Shown here in pieces: positions 29,384 through 39,855 of a stretch of DNA of 64,000 nucleotides (position 1 is its first letter; each line of letters begins with the position of its first letter). The DNA is from Macrostomum lignano (taxonomy: Eukaryota), in NCBI GenBank assembly GCA_002269645.1, contig NIVC01001187.1, forward strand, positions 124,001 through 188,000, given 5' to 3'. Under the pieces are notes generated by a model that saw only the letters and a list, made by a program, of their open reading frames with translations, made no database searches and had not been told where the DNA came from. The translations under genes were made by a program, and so were the position numbers.

Positions 29384-30804
29384 GCCATTTTGCTACGACT
29401 TTGAAACGCCTTTGTTGGTTCCGGCAGCACATTTTCTAGGATTTCGCGAAGAATTTTCGACTCAACTTTCATGGACGACTCAGGTTGGACTCAAAATGGC
29501 AGTTCTTGCTTGATTTTTCGACTTAAATTTTGATCTACCGGCTGGCTTGAAGTTTGACTGTCGGTCTTTTGCCACAATTGAGTTCTTGGTTGTTTATCTA
29601 GCCTTTCTCTCCGCCTTCAAAGTCTTCAATGCTCTATTGTTTTACTATAATGCGGATAAAGAATAACTGCGTTTTACTTCGATAAAACTTATATTTAAGC
29701 TTTTTATTATGTTTTATAGATTAGTTAGCTTCGTCAAGACTCAAGACGTTAATTGGTTTGTTAAAATGCGCTCTATGAAATATTTTGTACTGTTATTTAT
29801 TATTAACAATAAATAAACCGGTCGTATGAACGAAATTCCAAGTGACTTCTCGAGGGCTTTTCTCAGAGTTTTTGGTGCCCAAAATTTGGTGGGATTTCAT
29901 TGTCGTCTATGCCGTTTAGGAGTATTTAGGACAATGACCTGTGGGCCTATTTCGAGCTCTCAATGAGCTTTTATGCTCCTTACGATACCGAAATATTGTC
30001 CTAAAAATATGAGCAGTCTGGGATCAGCCGCTATCAGGCATGAGGGAGAAACAAATGTTGTGCCTTCGCCTGCAGCTCTGCAGTCTCTGACCCTCATCTC
30101 CGCTCCCCTTCTCTCCCTCCCTGCAGCCTCTGAACCTCATCTCCGCTCCTCTTCCCTCCCTGCAGCCTCTGACCCTCATCTCCCTTTCACTTAGTTTTGT
30201 ATAAATTCTGCACACAATCATCATCGCAACAATATACTAAATCTCTTAGATCTGTCTGACCGATATTTCAGTATGCAGCCTGAATGCCTGAACCGATTTT
30301 TTTCAAACTTGCTGTATTGAATTGGAAATTCTTGTGAGATTGTGTGGGTGTAATTGCATTAAAAAAATAGAACGGGAAGATGGTTAAATATTCGAAAAAC
30401 TGTATTTTCCCCATCTAATTAGTGTATTTTTTTCGCAGTGAGGGCTCAATATGTCTTTGGCCATAGACTAAACTTCAGCTTCTTGGGCTGATGCTACGAG
30501 CTATAAATAATTAAATACGAGTATTCGAAAACATGCTTTTTTGCATAAGGGAGAGATATCAGCCAGTGCACTTTAAAAGTATTGAATTATTGCGCAACTT
30601 TTTTTAATTTTTTTTTTAATTTTTTTTTATTGCGCAACTGTGTATAGGCCTCACTGCTATATATCACTCACTGTGTATATCACTGCTATGTATTTGACTG
30701 CAGTGCCGAAGCATATATGGCTGATGCTAAAAATGGTCTGTCGGTGTGTGCCCCGGTGGGTGCTTGCTACGTCTGTTGGATGCTTGCTGTTTGGCGCCAC
30801 TATA

Positions 30805-31438
30805 CACTCAGCAACATTTAAAACGCAACACTCTAACTAGAAGAAAAATCAACTCACTCAGAAGAGTCAAAGCGCATAGTCTATGGTTCAAATAGAGCTT
30901 CAGAAACGCGTGTAGCCTCCTCTCGCAAGTAACAGGGCGATGACTATGGACTGTTTTCAGATAGAATGATCCAGCTGAGAGAATGGTTCAACAGATGACA
31001 GACGCGGAAAGATGGCGAGCAGTCGGAATGTTGGAAGCAGGTTGTACTCTTCGAACAACAGCAGTTGTACTGCGAAGTTGGTGAAGCACCGTACCTTTTC
31101 TCGCGTGAGCCACGCTTCCAGTGGCTCTGCTCTTCTGTAGCAGACGTAAAACTGTTGAAGGCGACCTCCCGAAGTGGTTCGCAACTGTTCGAAGAGTACA
31201 ACCTGCTTCCAACATTCCGACTGCTCGCCATCTTTCCGCGTCTGTCATCTGTTGAACCATTCTCTCAGCTGGATCATTCTATCTGAAAACAGTCCATAGT
31301 CATCGCCCTGTTACTTGCGAGAGGAGGCTACACGCGTTTCTGAAGCTCGATTTGAACCATAGACTATGCGCTTTGACTCTTCTGAGTGAGTTGATTTTTC
31401 TTCTAGTTAGAGTGTTGCGTTTTAAATGTTGCTGAGTG
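30805..31438. mobile_element. Tc1-like transposon 5' end, present in inverted duplicate at the palindrome centre
   Basis: TA|CACTCAGCAAC ends on both sides. ORF 31260 leftwards reads MTDAERWRAVGMLEAGCTLRTVANHFGRSPSTVLRLLQKSRATGSV, a Tc1 N-terminal HTH. No DDE domain. Confidence 0.85.
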
Positions 31439-31877
31439 TATAGCAGTGAGGCCTATACACAGTTGCGCAATACTTCAATACTTTTAAAGTGCACTGGCTG
31501 ATATCTTTCCCTTATGCAAAAAGCATGTTTTCGAATGTATTCGTATTTAATTATTTATAGCTCGTAGCATCAGCTCAAGAAGCTGAAGTTTAGTCTATGG
31601 CCAAAGACATATTGAGCCCTCACTGCGAAAAATACACTAATTAGATGGGGAAAATACAGTTTTTCGAATATTTAACCATCTTCCCATTCTAATTTTTTAA
31701 TGCAATTACACCCACACAATCTCACAAGAATTTCCAATTCAATACAGCAAGTTTGAAAAAAATCGGTTCAGGCATTCAGGCTGAATACTGAAATACCGGT
31801 CAGACAGATCTAAGAGATTTAAAATATTGTTTTGTGATGATGATTGTGTGCAGAATTTATTCAAAACTAAGTGAAAG

Positions 31878-32630
31878 GGAGATGAGGGTCAGAGGCTGCA
31901 GGGAGGGAGAGAAGGGGAGCGGAGATGAGGTTCAGAGGCTGCAGGGAGGGAGAGAAGGGGAGCGGAGATGAGGTTCAGAGGCTGCAGGGAGGGAGGGAAG
32001 GGGAGCGGAGATGAGGGTCAGAGGCTGCAGGGAGGGAGAGAAGGGGAGCGGAGATGAGGTTCAGAGGCTGCAGGGAGGGAGAGAAGGGGAGCGGAGATGA
32101 GGTTCAGAGGCTGCAGGGAGGGAGAGAAGGGGAGCGGAGATGAGGGTCAGAGGCTGCAGGGAGGGAGGGAAGGGGAGCGGAGATGAGGGTCAGAGGCTGC
32201 AGGGAGGGAGAGAAGGGGAGCGGAGATGAGGGTCAGAGGCTGCAGGGAGGGAGAGAAGGGGAGCGGAGATGAGGTTCAGAGGCTGCAGGGAGGGAGAGAA
32301 GGGGAGCGGAGATGAGGGTCAGAGGCTGCAGGGAGGGAGGGAAGGGGAGCGGAGATGAGGGTCAGAGGCTGCAGGGAGGGAGAGAAGGGGAGCGGAGATG
32401 AGGGTCAGAGGCTGCAGGGAGGGAGAGAAGGGGAGCGGAGATGAGGGTCAGAGGCTGCAGGGAGGGAGAGAAGGGGAGCGGAGATGAGGGTCAGAGGCTG
32501 CAGGGAGGGAGAGAAGGGGAGCGGAGATGAGGTTCAGAGGCTGCAGGGAGGGAGGGAAGGGGAGCGGAGATGAGGTTCAGAGGCTGCAGGGAGGGAGAGA
32601 AGGGGAGCGGAGATGAGGGTCAGAGACTGC
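31878..32630. repeat. 43-bp minisatellite, ~17 copies (only ~2.5 copies in the mirror arm at ~30085-30190)
   Basis: Unit GAGGTTCAGAGGCTGCAGGGAGGGAGAGAAGGGGAGCGGAGAT. Confidence 0.95.
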
Positions 32631-33326
32631 AGAGCTGCAGGCGAAGGCACAACATTTGTTTCTCCCTCATGCCTGATAGCGGCTGATCCCAGACTGCTCA
32701 TATTTTTAGGACAATACTTCGGTATCATAAGGAGCATAAAAGCTCATTGAGAGCTCGAAATAGGCCCACAGGTCATTGTCCTAAATACTCCTAAACGGCA
32801 TAGCCGACAATGAAATCCCACCAAATTTTGGGCACCAAAAACTCTGAGAAAAGCCCTCGAGAAGTCACTTGGAATTTCGTTCATACGACCGGTTTATTTA
32901 TTGTTGATAATAAATAACAGTACAAAATATTTCATAGAGCGCATTTTAACAAACCAATTAACGTCTTGAGTCTTGACGAAGCTAACTAATCTATAAAACA
33001 TAATAAAAAGCTTAAATATAAGTTTTATCTAAGTAAAACGCAGTTATTCTTTATACGCATTATAGTAAAACAATTGAGCATTGAAGACTTTGAAGGCGGA
33101 GAGAAAGGCTAGATAAACAACCAAGAACTCAATTGTGGAAAAAGACCGACAGTCAAACTTCAAGCCAGCCGGTAGATCAAAATTTAAGTAAAAAAATCAA
33201 GCAAGAACTGCCATTTTGAGTCCAACCTGAGTCGTCCATGAAAGTTGAGTCGAAAATTCTTCGCGAAATCCTAGAAAATGCGCTGCCGGAACCAACAAAG
33301 GCGTTTCAAAGTTGCAGCAAAATGGC

Positions 33327-34624
33327 TCAGGTAATGTAGGCCCTGACAGCTCCCAGGATGCGGGATCCGCACTGCGGACAGGCCGAACTCGAGCTCAGGC
33401 AGCCGCGGCACAGCAAGAAGTGCGCGCACGGCAGGGTCACGTGATCCCGGGTGCGCTCTCGGCACAGCAGGCACTTATCACTCTGAGCTGCGACCTCTGC
33501 GTCCTCCTCCACGGAGATCTGCGAATGAAAGCCCGGGTGACCGGACTTCTCTGCAGCCTGCGCTGACTGGGGCTTGGAACTTCTGGCTGCTTGGGCTCGG
33601 GATTGAAGGGCTTCTGATTTCTGCTGCTCCAATGTGGGCCTCTGCTGTTCCATTGTGGGTCTCTGCTGCTGCAGTGCGGGTCTCTGCTGCTCCAATGTGG
33701 GCCTCTGCTGCTCCAGTGCGGGTCTCTGCTGCTCCAGTGCGGGTCTCTGCTGCTCCAGTGCGGGTCTCTGCTGCTCCAGTGCGGGTCTCTGCTGCTCCAG
33801 TGCGGGTCTCTGCTGCTCCAGTGCGGGTCTCTGCTGCCGCTCCCCTGACGCTCCCGACTCGTTCAGCGTCGCGCAGTCGCTCAGCACGGCCTCCACGTCG
33901 ATCACGTGACCCCAGTCGGGCTGCAGCTCCTCGAACTCGCGGATCATCTCGATGAGGTCGCCCGGCCTGCAGGCCAGCTGGCCGCCCCGAGTCATGAAGT
34001 GCCGGCAGGCGCAGTACAGCACGCTGCTCCTGGCGAAGCCGAACGACTCGACCAGACCGAGCATCGATCTGCGCTCGAGCAGGTCGCTGCTCAGCTTGGC
34101 GAGCGCGCGTCTCAGCTTGGCGGAGGTGGCGACGACCCGGTCGTGTCGCTCGCTCAGCATTCCGTGAGCAACCTTGAGCAGCGTGAGCAGCTCGCACTGC
34201 TCGCCTCCCGGCTGCTCGTGAAGCCGCAGCGGCTCGTCGGTCGGGCCGTCCGGCCGCATCGGAAGCCGGCAGCCGCAGTGGAAGCAGCGAACTGCTCCGG
34301 TGGCCGCCTCATCAGCCGGCAGGAAGAGGCCAGCATCCGCCCAGCGACACCGGGCCGCCTCATCAGCCAGGAAGGGCGCCGCCGACCGACTGAGCGACCG
34401 CAGCCGCGTCGCGTACTCGGCGAAGGCGGGGAACCTGGCGGCGGTGACGCAGAACAGCAGGCTGCCTGGAAGGTCGGTGAGGGAGCAGTGGTTGAGCAAT
34501 TTTTTAACATCACAGCAGAGTAAATTTCAGTAGTAAAAGAGAGCGGACAGCTCTGCTTACCCAGTCTGTAGGGCGATCTGGCCGAGTGTATTTTGTCCTC
34601 GGTGACTTTGCTGAATGCCGGCAT
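33327..34624 (-). CDS. IAP-like copy 4: BIR, UBA-like, 10x heptad linker, RING (type A)
   Basis: Exons 34624-34561 and 34465-33327; mirror of copy 3 in the palindrome. Confidence 0.9.
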
Positions 34625-35284
34625 GTCAGGACTGGCAGTGGTTGCTGTGAATACGGCCTGTTTGGTTGGTCCATGCTAGCCCTACATCTAGCAGTGCTTT
34701 TATAGTGTTCTATTGGCGTGGACAGGCCATGTACTTTGCAGTCTATATTTAGCATGTGAGTAATGGCTCACTGGTTGTGTCTGATGCACAACGTAATGAA
34801 TTAACGTACGCAATTAATACGCCAGTTCTGCACTCAAGTGGCCTTGGGGGTTTCTGGTTCCAAATTTAGCCACTGGGTGAATTCCGAGATAAGTTTTGCT
34901 ATTATATGTTAGTGCCATGTTCGCGTGACCTTCATGCCTTCTCTTGGCTTCCAACTGTTCTTGAAGCTGAAAATTATCGATAACTAGAATATTTTTAATA
35001 AACAGTCAGTTAAAAATAAATACATTTTTGAAGTCAAAAAAGCTGATCTAAGTATTTTAGACAGTAAGGGACTGACTGCCTGTCTGCAATGTGCAATTTC
35101 ATTTCATGTTCATGAATTTTTGAAACAAATGCAACCCATTGAGTTCGCGGGTACGCTGCGGAGTTCAGCGAACACTGAACCCTTAAATCTAGATTTAGTG
35201 TAGACTGAAGTCCAAAGTACTGAGAGATAAACATTGCGCCCAGAGTTCGCATAAGTCTATTGATACAAAGTACTGACGCCTGAC

Positions 35285-35828
35285 ACCAGGTAGATCAGAG
35301 CCGTAGGCTAATGGCACTGCAGGTAGATCAGATCCGTAAGCTAATGACACTGCAGGTAGATCAGATCCGTAAGCTAATGACACTGCAGGTAGATCAACTG
35401 TAGGCTAATGACACTGCAGGTAGATCAGCTGTAGGCTAATGACACTGCAGGTAGATCAACTGTAGGCTAATGAAACTGCAGGTAGATCAGCTGTAGGCTA
35501 ATGAAACTGCAGGTAGATCAGCTGTAGGCTAATGAAACTGCAGGTAGATCAACTGTAGGCTAATGACACTGCAGGTAGATCAACTGTAGGCTAATGACAC
35601 TGCAGGTAGATCAACTGTAGGCTAATGACACTGCAGGTAGATCAACTGTAGGCTAATGGCACTGCAGGTAGATCAACTGTAGGCTAATGACACTGCAGGT
35701 AAATCAACTGTAGGCTAATGAAACTGCAGGTAGATCAGCTGTAGGCTAATGAAACTGCAGGTAGATCAACTGTAGGCTAATGACACTGCAGGTAGATCAG
35801 CTGTAGGCTAATGGCACTGCAGGTAGAT
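35285..35828. repeat. 31-bp minisatellite, ~17 copies
   Basis: Unit GTAGGCTAATGACACTGCAGGTAGATCAACT. Confidence 0.95.
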
Positions 35829-36100
35829 GCTCGGTCTTGTCGAGACGTTCAGCTTCGTCAGCTATTGAAAACTGAAAAAATAATCTATAAAGCGATAGCC
35901 AAACTTGACGCACTTGATAGCAACCGAAAGTGGCCCAGCAGACCAAAGGTCACAGTGCAGTGCATTCTTGCCCAAAAATAACTGTGAACCAGAGGACTGC
36001 AGCACAATACTTTATTAGCCTAGCCCAAGCTTTATTCTAAAACCTGTTTAGCTCTCGAGCGAAGCACTGCATCTGCTGGAACTGAGCCTACCGATCCCCG

Positions 36101-37817
36101 ATGCACAGCTGCCGGCTACTTGGAGCCAAGGTTGCCGCGAGACTGCAGCCCGGAACAGCCTACGTGAGCAGTAAGTGAGCAAGCAAAGACCCCCCCATCT
36201 TGTCGGAGTTGGCCTAAACCTGCCGAGCTGATTGACCTCCTTCCAGGCGGCCTGCTGTTCTCCGTCACCGCCGCCAGGTTCCCCGCCTTCGCCGAGTACG
36301 CGACGCGGCTGCGGTCGCTCAGTCGGTCGGCGGCGCCCTTCCTGGCTGATGAGGCGGCCCGGTGTCGCTGGGCGGATGCTGGCCTCTTCCTGCCGGCTGA
36401 TGAGGCGGCCACCGGAGCAGTTCGCTGCTTCCACTGCGGCTGCCGGCTTCCGGTGCGGCCGGGCGGCCCGACCGACGAGCCGCTGCGGCTTCACGAGCAA
36501 CTGGGAGGCGAGCAGTGCGAGCTGCTCACGCTGCTCAAGGTTGCTCACGGAATGCTGAGCGAGCGACACGACCGGGTCGTCGCCACCTCCGCCAAGCTGA
36601 GACGCGCGCTCGCCAAGCTGAGCAGCGACCTGCTCGAGCGCAGATCGATGCTCGGTCTGGTCGAGTCGTTCGGCTTCGCCAGGAGCAGCGTGCTGTACTG
36701 CGCCTGCCGGCACTTCATGACTCGGGGCGGCCAGCTGGCCTGCAGGCCAGGCGACCTCATCGAGATGATCCGCGAGTTCGAGGAGCTGCAGCCCGACTGG
36801 GGTCACGTGATCGACGTGGAGGCCGTGCTGAGCGACTGCGCGACGCTGAACGAGTCGGGAGCGTCAGGGGAAAGGCGGCAGAGACCCGCACTGGAGCAGC
36901 AGAGACCCGCACTGGAGCAGCAGAGACCCGCACTGGAGCAGCAGAGACCCGCACTGGAGCAGCAGAGACCCGCACTGGTGCAGCAGAGACCCGCACTGGA
37001 GCAGCAGAGACCCCCACTGGAGCAGCAGAGACCCGCACTGGAGCGGCAGAGACCCGCACTGGAGCAGCAGAGACCCACAATGGAACAGCAGAGACCCGCA
37101 CTGGAACAGCAGAGACCCGAACTGGAGCAGCAGAGACCCGCACTGGAGCAGCAGAGACCCGCACTGGAGCAGCAGAGACCCGCACTGGAGCAGCAGAGAC
37201 CCACAATGGAACAGCAGAGACCCGCACTGGAACAGCAGAGACCCCCACTGGAGCAGCAGAGACCTCCACTGGAGCAGCAGAGACCCGCACTGGAGCAGCA
37301 GAGACCCATAATGGAGCAGCAGAGACCCGCACTGGAGCAGCAGAGACCCATAATGGAGCAGCAGAGACCCGCACTGGAGCAGCAGAGACCCGCACTGGAG
37401 CAGCAGAGACCCATAATGGAGCAGCAGAGACCCGCACTGGAGCAGCAGAGACCCACAATGGAACAGCAGAGACCCGCACTGGAACAGCAGAGACCCGCAC
37501 TGGAGCAGCAGAGACCCACAATGGAACAGAAGAGACCCGCACTGGAACAGCAGAGACCCCCACTGGAGCAGCAGAGACCCCCACTGGAGCAGCAGAGACC
37601 CGCACTGGAGCAGCAGAGACAGTCCGCATCAGCCTGTTCCATCAGCAAGAATTCAGTTGCATCAGACAGGTGCACGGGTTGCTGGCAAAGTGCCAAGAGC
37701 CAGGTAACCCTGCCCTGCGCGCACCTGCTGCTGTGTGCTGACTGCCTTCAAGCTCGGTCCCGCTGCCCCAGCTGTGGGGTACGAATCTTGGCCTCCGTTC
37801 GGGCCTATCTCGTTTGA
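36101..37817 (+). CDS. IAP-like copy 5: BIR, UBA-like, ~35x heptad linker, RING (type C)
   Basis: Exons 36101-36170 and 36247-37817, phase-1 GTAAGT..CCTTCCAG intron. RING: CTGCWQSAKSQVTLPCAHLLLCADCLQARSRCPSCGVRILASVRAYLV. Confidence 0.9.
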
Positions 37818-38149
37818 GGCGAGCTCAGTGATTGCCAGCAGCACCTGTGGCCCTTACCCTTCCCATGTCTTTCATGTTTGAACCTAAAAAAATAAGTTTG
37901 AAAAGTCACATCAACAGTCATTGCGATCCTTCTTTTTTCAAGTTGTATTTGTTTGAACATTCACTTGATATTCAAGCGCCGAAAACCCCGCCGCAGGCTG
38001 ACGACGTTGAGTCTGAAAAATGCGAATTGAGTGGCTGAGCTGACTCGCACTGCTGATCTGATCTGTTGGATTAATATTGCAAGCTTCTGACTAGTTCGAA
38101 ATAAAACATATTCAGCGATATGCTCGCTTTTTCACGCTTCTGCTTAGCT

Positions 38150-38412
38150 CTCCCTAGCAACCCATCTCCCTAGCAACCCATCTCCCTAGCAACCCATCTC
38201 CCTAGCAACCCATCTCCCTAGCAACCCATCTCCCTAGCAACCCATCTCCCTAGTAACCCATCTCCCTAGCAACCCATCTCCCTAGCAACCCATCTCCCTA
38301 GCAACCCATCTCCCTAGCAACCCATCTCCCTAGCAACCCATCTCCCTAGCAACCCATCTCCCTAGCAACCCATCTCCCTAGCAACCCATCTCCCTAGCAA
38401 CCCATCTCCCTA
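38150..38412. repeat. 16-bp minisatellite (CTCCCTAGCAACCCAT)n
   Basis: ~16 copies. Confidence 0.95.
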
Positions 38413-38423
38413 GTAATGTGATC

Positions 38424-38951
38424 TCACTCACTCAGCTGGTGTCCCGGCCTGGCCTTCCTGGATCCAACATGCAGCTCACAGAAATGGGGGCTGTTGTTAA
38501 AATCGCAAACGCAGGTGCCCTCCATCAGCTGCCTTTTCAGATAGGCCTTGCTGTGCTCTGGCGTGTTCTGAGCAGCCGAGAGCCGCTGGCAGCGGCCTCC
38601 GGTTGTGTCTGGCGACTGCCCGAGTGGGCAGGGGTTGGGCGGGTCGCACTGCCTCAGGCACGGGCGGTTCCTGGCTCCAGCGGGCAACGGCGGCAGCGTC
38701 ACGGCCGAGTTCATCGGCCGCGGCTCCGCGGGCTTCCCAAGGCTCGCCAGCTGCTGCCACAGCCGGTCGGTGGCCGCGGCCTGAGCCTCCTTGGACAGCG
38801 CAGCTTCAGTCCAGTTGGCCACCTGCACCAGCCGGCGGAACTGAGCCTGCAGACGGTCCAGGAGGTCCTCTTGATAGGCGGGCCGGCCGCGCAGCGACTG
38901 CGGCAGCAGCAGCAGCAAAATTAGCAGCGAGGTTCTCTTCAACAGCGGCAT
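38424..38951 (-). CDS. SCG5: Neuroendocrine protein 7B2-like secreted protein
   Basis: Signal peptide (LLILLLLLPQSLRG). CDPPNPCPLG contains the 7B2 hallmark PPNPCP, followed by C..NTPEHSKAY..CVCD..HFC. The 3' end may be spliced (GTGAGT at 38431). Confidence 0.75.
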   Translation of the reverse strand: MPLLKRTSLLILLLLLPQSLRGRPAYQEDLLDRLQAQFRRLVQVANWTEAALSKEAQAAATDRLWQQLASLGKPAEPRPMNSAVTLPPLPAGARNRPCLRQCDPPNPCPLGQSPDTTGGRCQRLSAAQNTPEHSKAYLKRQLMEGTCVCDFNNSPHFCELHVGSRKARPGHQLSE

Positions 38952-39229
38952 GGCTGGCTGGTTGGCTTCCGCTTCTTCTGCTCTCTCGGCGGATTAACAC
39001 TCGGGCAAATTAAAGGGAAATTTTGCTACAATTTTGCTTTTGGTCCCCCGTGCCAGCAGGGCGCAGAGAAATTCGATCAATGAACTCGAGCGGGACAGAA
39101 GCGTTTTCGAAAAATATTCTAGAAGCAATCGCTGACTGAATTGGAATTCTGTGTTGCTGCAGTTTGAAGTTCAAATAATTGCGACTTTCTGGCTTCAGTA
39201 AGCTCTTGCTCTGGATTTGCTTTTTGTCA

Positions 39230-39490
39230 GGAGCGGCAGCAGCTCAGCCTGAATCTCGCGCCAGAGTGCCCGGGTTCGATTCCGTGCGCGGGCCTGCCCA
39301 TGAGGGCCAACCCGCAAGGCACTGAGACTGTACATGCCTGACGGTTAAAAATTTCTGGGTCGCTGTACACCCTGTGTGAGCGGGTGTGCTCAGAGGCAGC
39401 GGGATGGGCCTGACTGATGGATGCCGGTGGACTGTCGACGTGACCTGCGGCAGCGCCCACAGCCCCCTGCAATCGTACTAAAACTAAGCT
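39230..39490 (+). mobile_element. Possible tRNA-derived SINE
   Basis: B-box GGGTTCGATTCC at ~39271 in a GC-rich ~260-bp island; no cloverleaf. Confidence 0.4.
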
Positions 39491-39607
39491 GTTTGGTTTC
39501 AGACGATGTGAAGAAATAAACTAAATTACGAAATTGGAGGTGGTGGCCAGGGAAACGGATTCTAGAAGTCCTTGCTTGGCCAGCGCACGCTCGGGAAACT
39601 CTACAGT

Positions 39608-39735
39608 GTACTCCTTCTGTGTACTTTTAAACAGTGTACTTTTTAACAGTGTACTTTTGAACAGTGTACTTTTGAACAGTGCACTTTTGAACTGTGCACT
39701 TTTGAACTGTGCACTTTTGAACTGTGTACTTTTGT
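39608..39735. repeat. 15-bp minisatellite (TGTACTTTTGAACAG)n
   Basis: ~8 copies. Confidence 0.9.
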
Positions 39736-39747
39736 TTTTGTATTGCG

Positions 39748-39800
39748 TCATAACCAATCAGTCCTGAAGACTTCATCGTTGCAGCAGCCGGCTTGCTGAT

Positions 39801-39855
<55 letters not shown>

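Larger units (their letters stand above)
27575..35077. repeat. 7.5-kb inverted duplication (arms 27575-31057 and 31186-35077, ~128-bp spacer)
   Basis: Arms are near-identical reverse complements, including promoter, IAP gene and 3' flank. Homology ends at AGTCAGTCCC / GGGACTGACT. Confidence 0.95.

Noticed and set aside
35830-35865. CTGACGA/GAACGTC hammerhead-like pieces (similar at ~29725 and ~32960)
   Set aside because: Helix II is missing and the GAAA core is incomplete.
20542-37741. Alternate-frame and antisense ORFs over the IAP genes (AAETRTG, VSAAPVR, LCCSSAG repeats)
   Set aside because: Shadows of GC-rich coding sequence and the stop-free 21-bp unit.
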